A DNA stretch of 64,000 nt from the human T2T-CHM13v2.0 reference genome, Homo sapiens, in NCBI RefSeq assembly GCF_009914755.1, contig NC_060927.1; one strand, written 5' to 3'. The stretch's first letter is position 1. Every line of letters starts with the position of its first letter. Below, piece after piece: positions 1 to 12,073 of this stretch. The position numbers and the translations under genes are program-made. A model generated the notes under the pieces. That model saw only the letters and a program-made list of their open reading frames with translations. It had not been told where the DNA came from and made no database searches.

Positions 1-751
1 AAACTAGTACCATAATCCCACCCAATCCAAAGGAGCTGAGAAGTAAGGGTTACCAAATATCCAGAATGATAAGAAAACCTGACAATGATGGGTTCCAAAA
101 ATGTTTACTAGAAGACATGTCAAATAGAAGAGCCTCTATTGGTTTACTGGAGGTGTTCAATATTAAACTTCTCATTTGCCTACCCCATGTAATCTTTGAT
201 AAAATATATACCCTTCTCATTCTTCACAAGTTCTTGAAGAATTGCTGAGCTCTGCGTATCAGTGGGGCATACACTAGGTACAGAAAGCTCCACCCTAGAG
301 GGCAGAGATGGAGAACAGTGAGCAAAAGACTGACATTCAATGATAGAATGCTATTAAAGAGGCAGCTTCCTACAGTGGAAAAAAACTGTCAGAGACATGC
401 CTTCCAGGCTATAGTGTACTATTCTGAGAAAGTTAAATGACTTGCCCATCTGTAAAATGAATAAGCGGGATTTGATAACTTTAGTGTTAAATTGTACAGC
501 ACTAGCAATAGATGCAAAAGCAATTAAAGAAGAGAGAAATCAATTAAACAAGTAACATTATTTTTAGCAAGTAACCTCATTTTTTAGCCTATCTGACCAA
601 TCTATTACTACCTCTGTTGATCACTTCTATGAAAGAGATTTTATTAGGTAAGATATATCAAGAAAATTTAATTTTGCTTTTCCTTAAAATATAACACTAA
701 GTATGAAAAACAGTCTTTAGACAAATAAAATAGGATCTTGACTTTTAGTGA

Positions 752-1048
752 TTTTTATTTTTTTTAGAGATGGGTTCTCTTGCTGTTTCCCATGCTGGAG
801 TGCAGTGGGGCAATCATAGTTCACTGCAGCTTCAAACTCCTGGGCTCAAATGATTATCACACCTGAGCCTCCTGAGTAGCTGGGACTACAAGCAAATGCC
901 ACTGTACTTGGTTAATTTTTAAATCTTTTGTAGAGACAAGGTCTCTCTTTGTTGTCCAGACTGGTCTTGAACTCCTGGCTTCAAGTGATTCTCCTTCCTC
1001 ACCCTCCTCAAATGGTGCGATTACAGAAGTGAGCCACCGCACGTGGCC
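752..1048 (-). mobile_element. Alu SINE, old (AluJ-like)
   Basis: Poly-T followed by reverse-complement Alu dimer (gctggagtgcagtgg...gtgagccaccgcacgtggcc). AluJ-type ctcctgggctcaa and heavy divergence. Confidence 0.93.
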
Positions 1049-2088
1049 TCTTTTTATGCATTTCATTTTCATTTTATTTTCTGAAAAATACACTAAAATA
1101 AGTAATATTTGGTGCCATATATTTATTCCACTATTTAGTAGATGTATTTAGGATAATTGCATATATAAACATGATTATGTGTTAGAGTTTGGTCAGAGTT
1201 TACCTAATTCACAGCATAATTATGAACAGCACTCCATTTCATTCTCAAAAGTGTCTCAGTTTGGACAGTAAGTTGTATGTCACCCAATGTATGTGCTATA
1301 TGATTTTCAACAACTGATTTTTGAGAACACTCAACATCAAGGCTCTTATCTATTGCTGTTATTATTATCAGCTCTCAAATTAACTGAAATCTAACACTGG
1401 AGACAATTAGAATTCATGCAAAATATCAATATATTTGTAATCTTTGTATTGTTCCCTCAGGGTACAAGGTTTTCCATGTTCACATCACCAACTACAGCAA
1501 TCAACATGAGTTATTGTTTTCTCTTGGGTCATTTACAAGAGGAAATCCTCTGAGGTGAACAATCACTCCTGATTTCACAAGGGTAAGTAGAAGCCAGTAA
1601 TAACAAACATTATCCTGTGACATTTCAACATTGGTCTGAATAAAATACCTGATACACAGAACACTGAGAAACACAAACACAGTCTATGGATTTCTTTGCC
1701 TTTGTCATGGAGGAGTTCTTACTTCCCCTAGAATAACTCTTCTCTAACTCAAAGTGAAAAATAAAAATAAAATTAAAAAGTTACATGACTCTCAATTCAA
1801 GCCTAATGTGGATCTCCTAAATGACCTTCTTTATAACTACTATTAAAAAGAGCAAGTTTAAATTTGCTTTCAAAGAGTGATCACCTCCTTTTTTGGTTTA
1901 AAAATTCAATACATTTTTAATATTTCTTTAGTGTTGACTATTTTTTCCCTGGTGCTAATTATCTTATGGTCCTCTAACTCATTATGCTCTTTGATGATCA
2001 ACAATTAAATCAAGTTAAGACTACCAAAAGTTAGTAATAACAAGTCAAAAATCAATGCCAAACTAGTATGACCAAAAATCAAACTTTG

Positions 2089-2380
2089 GGCCATGCATGG
2101 TGGCTCGTGCCTGTAATCCCAGCATTTTGGAAGGCTGAGGCAGGTGGACTGCCTGAGCTAAGGAGTTTGAGACCAGCCTGCAACATGCTGAAACGTCGTC
2201 TCTACCAAAAAATACAAAAAATTAGCTGGCCACAGTGGTGCACACCTGTAGTTACAGCTACTCGGGAGGCTGAAGAAGGGGGATGGCTTGAGCTTGGGAG
2301 GTGAAGTTTGCAGTGAGTGAGATCACACCATTGCACTCCAGCCTGGGTGATAGAGTGAGACCCCAACTCAAAAAAGAAAA
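2089..2380 (+). mobile_element. Alu SINE (AluJ-like)
   Basis: ggccatgcatggtggctcgtgcctgtaatcccagca...cactccagcctgggtgatagagtgagaccc plus a short A tail. Confidence 0.93.
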
Positions 2381-3245
2381 TGACACTTTGCATCACCATC
2401 CTGTTTTGCTCCACTAACTCTCATGAGTTATTCTGTGTGAGATTCTACAGAGATAGAAATCCTTTACAGATAGAATTCCTTTACAGAGAAGTTGCTCTAT
2501 TTGGGGAACATAGGTTAGTTATCTTAGCATGAGCCTGATATCACAGTCAGAAAAGGCAGTGATGTTTTGATTATACCATTGAAATCACATTAATTTAATT
2601 CAACTAAAATCTAGAAGGGGGAACTATCCGCCACTTAGTAAATTTTACAAATATTTTAATAGCAATATTGTCATATTTGGTTTATTTTAATATCCATACA
2701 TTGCTGATAATTTCTGGGCAATACAGAAAGGCCTTTTTCATAGATCCTTGGTGTAGAGTTTGACATCTTTCTTCTAATACTGAGTTTTGTTCTACCTATA
2801 CTGAAAAGATTTCTAAGATAATTATCACTGAATTCAGGAGAAGGTACCAAATGAATCCAGGAGGGAAGTCATGAGTAGTTTCCCATGATTACAAAAGAAC
2901 TTGTGTTTCTTTCTTCACTGCCTCCGGAGTAAATGAATACCAAAAGCAGAAGGGGACCTGAGATATTTATAGTTAACTGGGCAGTTAGTGGTAGGTTGTA
3001 TTATTTTGAAGCAAATTGCAGCTAATACTCTATCTGTAAACATTTGTTTGTATCTCCAAAAAAAATAAGGACTCCTTTAAATGTAACCACAGTTCCATAA
3101 TTATACCTTCAAAATGGCAATAATTTGTTAATTCTATCAAACTTCCTAATTAGCTCATTAAAACTTTTAACTTTTAGTTTGCTTTTCCCAGACCCAAATA
3201 AGGACCAAAAATTACAATATATGTCCAATAAGTCTCTCTTAAACT

Positions 3246-3300
3246 CTCTTTTCTCTCTCTCTCTCTCTCTCCTCTTTTTTTTTTCTCTCTCTCTCTCCCT
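3246..3300. repeat. (CT)n / poly-T microsatellite
   Basis: ctctctctctctctctct and T runs seen directly. Confidence 0.9.
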
Positions 3301-4056
3301 ACCCATCTTGCTAATTATTTATGGATAAAAAGCAAAATGTTCACATTCTGTAGAGCATCTTACAGTCTGGATTTTGTCAATTGCATCCTGTGATGTAATT
3401 GATGTGCTTATAAACTCCTAATATTTAACCTTCATTAACCCTTTGGTTAAAATTAAGTAAAATTTATGTAAAAAATGACTAAGTGCTTGTTTTTGTCCCT
3501 TTTTTTATTTATCTTTTCTTGTCATGCATTAGGTACTGGGAATTGATCCCAAAATTCTTTATTTTCAATCCAGGTTTCTTTCCAATACACCTGCTGGTGC
3601 CCATTAGCTTATATATATATTTTATTCATTGTCTGGGTGTCACACAGAGAGTGGCTCTGGAAGGTATCTGGAAGAATATAGTTTAAGAGAGAATACAGAA
3701 CTGTAGGCCTAACCATCATAAAATGGTTCCTCATATTGGGAAATATAATGAATCAACAGTGAGGAGCTCTTGGTGACCAAGTCAATATTTTTTCATCATC
3801 TTATAGTAAAATACCGAGGCCACATCACATAGTGGTCTAGAGAATATCTCTTTTAAAAGTGTTCATAGTAATATTAGCTGTTTAACTTTGGTGAATTTTT
3901 TTCCAGACATTATTTTGCAAAATATGGCCTCCCTAATTAATGAGGTTTTTTTTTGTTGTTGTTCTGGCAATTTCTTTCTAATATATACACATATATGACA
4001 AAATCTTTTTTAAAAATTGAAAAAAAGCTTGGAATTTATACAATTAATATAATATT

Positions 4057-4343
4057 GGCCTGGGTACAGTGGTTCACACCTGTAATCCCAGCACTTTGGG
4101 AAGCCAAGGAAGGCAGATTACTTGAGCCTAGGAGTTCAAGACCAGCCTGGGCAACATGGTAAAATTCCATCTCTACAATAAATACACACAAAAAATTTTA
4201 GCCTGGCATGGTGGCATGTGCCTACAGTCCCAGCTACCCAGAAAACTGACGTGGGAGGATTGCTTGAGTGGGAGGTTGAGGCTGTAATGCTCTATGATTG
4301 TGTCGCTGTACTACAGCCTGGGCTACAGAGTGAGACCCTGTCT
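4057..4343 (+). mobile_element. Alu SINE (AluJ-like)
   Basis: Full dimer ggcctgggtacagtggttcacacctgtaatcccagc...gtgagaccctgtct. The A tail is replaced by microsatellite. Confidence 0.93.
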
Positions 4344-4346
4344 TGT

Positions 4347-4493
4347 GCTCTCTCTCTCTTTCTCTCTCTCTATATATAACTATATTTATAGTATTTACAT
4401 ATATAATTTATATATATAATTCATACACATATTTATACATATATAATTTTAATATATAATTTATATATAATTATAATATATATAATATATAAT
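4347..4493. repeat. (CT)n followed by degenerate (TA)n low-complexity tract
   Basis: ctctctctct...tatatataac tatatttata...tataatatat. Confidence 0.9.
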
Positions 4494-4723
4494 GCTTATT
4501 ACAGGATATGAATAACCACAGTGATATTAAAACTTAAAAAATATATTTTAGAAAGGCTTTACATGACCTTAGTAGTATTAATCAATGAAACTGAACTATT
4601 AATATTATCCCATTTCTTTTCTGTTCCTGTCTCACTCAAAGAAATTACTGGATCATGTTCCAAATGACCTGCATTCTCATCTTCTATTTACTAACCCTGG
4701 AAACAGAAGGTCACCTTAATTCT

Positions 4724-5205
4724 TGATACTTCTGGAAGAGAATTCTGATAGGTTTCCTGAGTTTCCGCATGTCTTACAGCAGAAGCACCTATGGTCTTTG
4801 TTGAGCCTTAAAAGATTATCTTTTCAAGGACATTTGTATAGTGAACAACCTTGGAGGTTAAAGTCTCCTTCCAGAACAGAGGGAAGGTTTGTTTACTCTC
4901 CAGTATAATAAAGATAATGATTTACTCTGTGCAAAACTTGGGAAGGTTGCTTGTGCAACCCATTGTAAAATATTAGGGTTCCCTAAGTTTTGGGCTTCTC
5001 AGCTGTGAAGCAATAGGTCACTCCAGTAGCAGAAGGGAATTTGATGCAAACATAAAACTCATGTTTCTTGCTGTGTTGTGAGTAATGAAATGCTTTGTTT
5101 CTGATCCAAGAGTCTTGTGACTTCTGCCTGTTTTCATAAAACTATGGTGGGTTAACTTGCCAACTTGCAGGTCGAGTAAAACCACAGTCCTTAAGAGATG
5201 CTACA
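4724..5205 (+). mobile_element. ERVL-class solo LTR, MER68-like
   Basis: Motifs cagagggaaggtttgtttactctccagtataataaagataatg, gggttccctaag and gctgtgttgtgagtaatgaaatgctttgtttctgatccaagagtc resemble the MER68 consensus as recalled. Confidence 0.65.
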
Positions 5206-5299
5206 GTTTGCTGTCTTTAGAATTAAGGTGCTGGCCTATGTGTTGGTTTAAATTTACTTTTTAGTTCTGATTCAACGCAGAGAAATAAGACTCTTGGTT

Positions 5300-5915
5300 C
5301 ATGTCCTCAAGGACTTATAAACTTCTGAGGCTGAAAAATGTATAAAGAAATGTTGCAGGAACTGCTCCTTCAGCCGAAGTGAGAGTCAATAATCTCTGAC
5401 CATGTCTATGACCTGGTTGGAGAGCTGAATGGGTTGGAATGTGACTGCACAGAGTAAGTACATGACGGCATGTTTGTCTCTTGTTTGGGCTGAAAAGAAG
5501 AGATTGAACATTGTCATCTGACATAACTGGGAGGACAAGAGAATGAAGATAACCCCCATGGAATGTAATCTGATCCCAGTGGTGAAATAGGTTTCCATAG
5601 TTATTTTCATGAAAAACCACTGAGGTATGGGAACACAGCAGAACTGCTCATATACAGTGACAAAGCATAAAACAGAGCAGTGAAGATGAGAATTCTTTCT
5701 CCTTGTGCACAGCACTTCCTTCTCCTAGATACCACGAAAACTCAGTCTGGTACATCTTGGTACAGTCTGAAGTAGCTGCACCAGAGCAACAGCAGAGACC
5801 CTGGTGCTCAGCAGGAGATGGTACATTCCCAGTGGACACAGCAGTATCCAGTGTCAGCCTGGTGGGAGATAGTAAATGTCCCTTGTGAAGCCAGCTTGTA
5901 GGTACATGTGGATCA
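5300..5915 (-). pseudogene. Possible decayed processed pseudogene or ERV-internal fragment (unidentified)
   Basis: Locally higher GC and coding-like composition. One minus-strand frame runs about 200 codons with 3 internal stops and hydrophobic stretches. Parent not recognised. Confidence 0.25.
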
Positions 5916-7327
5916 ACCCTGTCTACTACTAGAAATGTTTGAAAGACAATTCCCAGGGCACTGAGTTACTACTTGAGCAGGTTGGGTCAACATTAAAGCA
6001 ATTTTGGTCATTTTCATTTATGTGACCCATTTATCTCCATGGTTAGTGAGGCATGAGGAAACTCAAGTTACATTACAAATAGAGTGAAATAGAGTGAGTG
6101 TCATAACAGAACTTAGTGTTATGGAAACTGAAAATATTTGAGCTAGATCTTGAGGGATGAATAGGCTTTTGCTAAGTGGGTAATAAAATTAAAAGAATCT
6201 TTTACAAAGAAAACAATTGCACAAGTCTACATTCTGGATTATATATTTCAAGTTAAATTTTGAATTGTAAGAGCCAAGTTATCAACGTTTTCAAGATTAA
6301 ATTGTAAGTACCCAAATAACAGAACAAATACATTCAAAAGAAACATTTTACATACACAAGCCTGGACTTCTCACCTCAATAAATTATGTATAGTGATAGG
6401 GTTTGATGCCTTACAAACTCAAATTTAGTTTAAAAGGATTCTTCAAGTTATGTATTTTGTTAGTGCCTCTCCTCATAGCCTTTATACATATGAGAATTCA
6501 TTCTGTTCATATGTGCCAATAAATTTAATCTTCCATTTTTTTTTCCAAAAATGTTATATTACATATCATCATACTTTATTTTTCAAGCAATATTTAGCCA
6601 ATCAATTAATTTTATAAATCAAATGAAATATATACATATTCAAGGATATAGTTTCTTACCTATAAATTAGTCACCTCTATTATTGGTGTTTGATCATCAA
6701 GCAAAGCAAGACAGGAGAGCTTGAAGGTATGAATAGCTGAGGTTCCTCATGTTTAGGCAGACATACAAAAGCAACAGCAGAAATGTCTCTGAACAGATTC
6801 TACATCACATTTGATGAGGAATATGGTGTGAATTATACTTTGGCTGGTCTTAATTGCTTGATGTCCTAAAACTTTTTGTCTCATAATAATTTGAAAAGTA
6901 CAATATGACCTAGAGAAGTGAGGCATTGTGAAGTCTGGCAAGCTCTAAAGAGTTTCCTATTGATTTCCCATCTCTTCTTTGATCTTTTATGTGGTGGTTT
7001 GTAGTCTTTCATTTTTTTACCATAAGCTATCACAAGCATTATCTGGTAAGTAATATGATAAATTATACCTTAAATTATGTTATTGAAAATTACCCTTGCT
7101 ATATTAAATGACTCTGCTCCATTGAAATAAGGCATTTTTATTTTTTTAAGTGGCAAGGCTTTAAAACTAGCTGATACAAAATATCCAACAGCATAAATAT
7201 TTATCTTCTGGGTGAGACCAAGTGATCTATTATACTTTGTTTCATCTTTGACATTGACACCTGTAGTTGTTTTGCAGCCAACTGCTGTGGTGCTTTTCAT
7301 GACACCATAATTGAAGGTAATATACAT

Positions 7328-7848
7328 GTGGAAGTTAGTGGCAACAACATCTCCCATATCACATGCTGTTCTTACATTGCAACTTTGACACTCCTGCTAT
7401 TAACAGGTGAGGTCTATGTTTATTTCCCTTGAATCTGGGCAGACTTGTAAATACAGTGGAAACAATGTTATGTGACTTCTGTGTCTACATTTTTAAAAGG
7501 CTGGGTACCTTCCGCCTGTTTCTATTAAGATGTTCTCTCTTGGAATGCAGTTACCATATTGTGAGGAAGCCAGCCATATTGAAAGGTCCAGTTGAGTTTC
7601 CATCTGACAGCATCAACACATCAATCATAAGAGTAAATGATCCTTCAGGTAATTTTAATCTTACCACTCTCAAGTCATTCCTAGTCCTTGAGACTTCCTA
7701 GCTGAGAACCCAGATATGAGGCAAAGTCATCTCCACTGAACCCTTTTAAAATTCCTGACCCACAGAAACCATGAGCATAATAAAATGGTTGTTGTTTTAT
7801 GCCACTAAATTCAGGATTGTTTATTGTGCAATTATAGTAACTGGACCA
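7328..7848 (+). mobile_element. MaLR LTR, MLT1 (MLT1H-like)
   Basis: cccttgaatctgggcagactt..., and a 3' end attcctgacccacagaaaccatgagcataataaaatggttgttgttttatgccactaa typical of MLT1. Confidence 0.8.
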
Positions 7849-7939
7849 ATATATTGTCCCTAACATCCTAATAACTCTTGACTAAACAATGTATGTATTT
7901 GGGGCTTGTATGACATATACTAAAATATATTTTTCTTTA

Positions 7940-8205
7940 GACCTGGTGCAGTGACTCACAGCTGTAATCCCAGCACTTTGGGAGGCTTTGGTGGAGGAAC
8001 ACCTAAAGCCAGGAGTTCCAGAGGCGCCTAAGCAACATAGCAAGATCTTATCTCAAACAAATAAAAAATTAGCCAGGCATGGGGATGTGCACCTATTCCT
8101 AGCTAGTTGGGAGGCTAAGGTGGGAGGATTGCTTGAACCCAGGAGTTCAGGGCTGCAGTGAGTTGATTGTGCCATTGCACTCCAGCCTGGGCAAGAGAGC
8201 AAGAC
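7940..8205 (+). mobile_element. Alu SINE (AluJ-like)
   Basis: gacctggtgcagtgactcacagctgtaatcccagcactttggg...cactccagcctgggcaagagagcaagac. Confidence 0.92.
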
Positions 8206-8309
8206 ATAATTTCTTTCTTTTTTTTTTTTAGGAAAAAAAAGATAATTTTCTTTGATTTGAACTAAATTATCTTTCATGGTCATAATCAAATTGCATAATA
8301 CTTTTTTAG

Positions 8310-8900
8310 TACGAATATTCCAAGCAGAAACAACTGCAAGTACAAAAGCCCTAGAATCGAAGCAAGACTGGAGAGTTTAAGGAACTGAAAAAGGCCAGTG
8401 TGGCTGCAGTGTAATGAGAGAAAGAGAGAATGGTAAAGGTGTATGAGAGACGTCTCATCATGTTTGGCCTTACAGGCCATGGTGAGGTATTGGGATTTTA
8501 TTCTAAAAATTCTAGATGATTTGATGCAGCACTGCCATGTGCACTGATTCCCATTTTATAAGACCATTACAGTATGGAGAATGGCCTACAGTCTTCAGGG
8601 GGAGCAGCATAACCAATTAGAGAGCCAATGCCAGATTATAGGTGAGAAAAAAGGGGGCTTGAGAAAGGATCGCAGTAGCAGAGCTGTAGCAAAGTAGGTC
8701 TATTTGGTACAATGTTTGGACTATAGCGATTACAAGAATATGACATATGTCATGAGCAAGTTTGAGGAAAGGAAATTAAGGATCATACTTAGATTCATGG
8801 CTGCAATAACTGAATATGAGGGAAGTAACAAAATTGAGGAAAAGCTAGGCAAAAGAAAAGATTTGAAGTAGATATAATCAAGGGTTAAATTTGAGGTATA
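8310..8900 (-). mobile_element. L2 LINE fragment
   Basis: caactgcaagtacaaaagccctag...aaggaactgaaaaaggccagtgtggctgcagtg...ccttacaggccatggtgagg is antisense L2 3' region. Confidence 0.7.
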
Positions 8901-10329
8901 TTTGGCAATTCTGTTTTTAAATTCTAATGAAAAGAAATAGGCAAATAGACTCACAAACATTATAATACAAGCTACTAGGTTGACCTGGTCAGAGTCCAGT
9001 TCATACAAAATGAAGAAAATATACTTTTGATGTAGTAATCGTTTTAGGACCAACTACAATTTTCTACATAGGCTGTATATCTTGTTCTAGTTCCTCTCTC
9101 TAAAATGTATTGGCTTGATGAGTAGACTGAATTCATTTAAACTGTAGTTATTTTATTGTTTTTATTTGTTTGGTACATCAGTTTTTTTTCATCAACTGGA
9201 TTTCCTTTTCCTCTACAACACGGTGATAGGATGAAAAAAATAAGACGTTTATAGTGCACAATAATCTTAGATAAAAATGTAAGTAAAAATCTGTCAAAAC
9301 TGATTAACTATCATAAGCTTTTGGCATATTTGAAACACTATTGAGAAGAAGCATTTGAAGTTCCTAAGGTCAGACCCTGGCCAGATGATAAAATTATAGA
9401 TAGGAGCTATTTTCCCATATCTATGAGTAGAATATGAATAACTCATAAACAGGAGCCTCTCCTTTAAAGAATTTTATTATTGGCATTCTTTTATTTAAAA
9501 AGTAGACACTTAGGGGTGTCCCCTTAAAAGTACTAAAATCTTCCATCTGTGGAAAGTTTAGTAGTACTATTTGGAAATAATTTTTCTTAACTAAAGAAAT
9601 TAAATATATATATATATAGTTCTCATTGCTGTTTTAAAAAATAAACAAAAAAAAATACTAGTGTAATTCAACTGAATGTTTCATTCTTATTCTACAAACA
9701 CAATCACCCCAGTTTGTCTGAGTGGGAGATGTTTAAGGCTACCCATTCCTTGCATTGTTTCAGTTGTCGTGTAAGAGAAATAATTCACTCTTAAGCTGCA
9801 GGTAAGCGAACAGTGTCCCAGCTTGATTTTCATACTATGCGTTAGAACTGGTCTGGGTAGTTAGCTTGCACATCCAAACAAGTGGTTATAGTATTGATTG
9901 CTTTAAACAAACTAGTTATTTCAGCTTAGACTGTATGTGTTTTGTATGAGTGTGATTTACATGTGTGCTCATACACATGAGCATGCAGGCAAATGCAGAG
10001 GCATACAAAATTGACATGTTTTTTAGACATCAAGTTTTTTATGATCACATACCTATGGAGGAGTTAAAGATGGCTTTCTTTAGTCCTGACTTTCTCATCA
10101 CCTTTGTTTATGAGTTTATGAGTTTTCATCACTGGACTATAAATTGTTGCTGGCAGGAACTGTATCTACTTTAGCACTTAGCTTTGTTTAGTACCTGGCG
10201 CATAGTAAGAACTAAATATTTGTCAAACAAAACATTCGTTGAAAGTAACACAATTGCTTCCTCTAACCACTGTCTCTTTCTTTTCCACCCCTTCACACAC
10301 CTTGCAAGATCAATCTTCACTCATTCATT

Positions 10330-10790
10330 ATTTATCCATTTTTAGGCGACATCCTTCTCATTCTATTGAAACTGTTTACATCTAACAAAAGTGAACAATA
10401 ATCATTTGTTTGCCTAATTCAATAGCTTCTTATTAGCCCTCATCCTGTTTGACCTCTTTGCAATATTTAGCAGAGTTATTATCCACACATCATATTTGAA
10501 ATTCCTTTGTCTTTTATGGCTTCTGTCAACCTATTTCACCTGTCTTCTCTGCCTATGGAAAAACACCTCTTCCTCTTTGTTTATCATTACATTAGGTAGT
10601 TACTAAGGTTTTGCCCTCAGGCCTGTTCTCTTTACATTCTGCTTGCTCCTTCCTGACATTTTCATCCACTTCTAGAGCTTCAGCTCCTGAAACTATATTG
10701 ATGCTGTCTAACTCTATACTCAAGTTTTGATATTATATCCTGAATATTGTTCTTTGCAAAATGAACATCTGCATTCAGAAGGGGCTTGAA
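10330..10790 (+). mobile_element. L2 LINE fragment (ORF2 region), continuing at about 11440-11720 and 13690-14150
   Basis: ccctcatcctgtttgacctctttgcaatattt..., ctaaggttttgccctcaggcctgttctcttt, and an L2 3' end at about 14100-14150 (ataaatatttgtgaatgaa). Confidence 0.6.
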
Positions 10791-11780
10791 ACCACTTTAG
10801 TTTTAAAAACAAACAGAAAGAAAAAAACAAATGGACTTTAGCTAGCTTAGGCAAAATCAAAGAGAAAAAGAAAGATTTACTGGGGCTGTTACTGGAGAAT
10901 GCCAAAAAGCCTAAGGGATGGGATGTATGGCCACCACAAGAGGCCACAGTCCTGAGAGAAACTCAGGAAATCTTTCATCTCTCATTTTCTCTCTCAGAGC
11001 ATCTGTTTACACTTTTTTTGTACACTGGCAGTTAGCTTTTTGTACTCGTTAGCCCACACGTTGGCATGTAACCAACAATGGTCCCCAAGTTTGCAGAGCC
11101 TCAGTTTCAGAACTCAGAGAAAGACCTACTTTGTTTTCTCTGTTCTGCTTTAATAATATAAGGCATTGACTCCTTAGGATGTCACATCCTAGGATGGGCG
11201 AATTTCTAGGAAGATATTAACCCACCCCATCCATTCTGGATATATAAAGGGATCCTTGCACAAATGACAGCTTCTTCAAAACCATGTGAAGTGAGAAGAG
11301 ACATGTTTTAAGAACAGGAGGTGGTAAAGAGATAAGATTTTTCATGGCTAGACTAAATAATAGGTTTCCATTACCATGTCCCATATGCACATGAAAGTCG
11401 TGTGCCAAACTCATGAGAGTCCACCAACTCAGCCCCACCCGCTAAAAGAGAGAGGGAGAGAGAGACAGAGAGATCCAGATCCCTTCAGTAAGGAGATAAT
11501 CCTACCCAGTAATTCAAGGTGGGAATTGCTGAATTGTCTGAGACTCCTTCCTAACTACCTATATCCAAACATTTTACAGTCTGTCAGCTTTAGCAGTGAA
11601 CTGCTTCATGGCTCCATGTTGCCCAACCCCCCCACAGTAATCTTCCATTCACAATAACCTTCTGACTGGTCTCTTCAACCTCATCATTTCTTTTTCCAAC
11701 CTTGGCCCATATTAGACCACCACATTGCTTCTTTTTTTTATTTTTTATTTTTGTGGGTTTTTTCTTTTTTCAACTTTCTT

Positions 11781-12073
11781 ATTTTTTTCTTTTTTAAAGA
11801 GACAGGGTCTCCCTCTGCTGTTCAGCTGGAATGCAGTGGTATAATCATAGCTCACTTCAGCCTTGTCCTCTTGGGCTCAAGTGATCCTCCCCCGCCTCAG
11901 CCTCCCACCTCAGTTGGGACTAGAGGCATGCATCACCATGCCCAGCTAATTTTTAAAAATTTTCTGTGGAGACAGGGTCTTGCTGTGTTGCCCAGGCTGG
12001 TCTCAAACTCTTGGCCTCAAGCAATCCTCCCACCTTGGCCTCCCAAAGTGATAGGACTGTACCACATCCAGCC
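11781..12073 (-). mobile_element. Alu SINE (AluJ-like) inserted at the 3' end of an L1
   Basis: Reverse Alu dimer. Degenerate TSD tcaactttcttatttt (11770-11785) / tcaacctgtatttt (12075-12088) is derived from the L1 poly(A)-signal region. Confidence 0.9.

Noticed and set aside
2451-2487. 17-bp tandem duplication (also ~20 bp at 549-587)
   Set aside because: These are ordinary slippage duplications, common genome-wide.
6960-7052. Further gtaag donor-like sites (also near 16805 and 44304)
   Set aside because: They lack a convincing paired acceptor, and such motifs occur often by chance.
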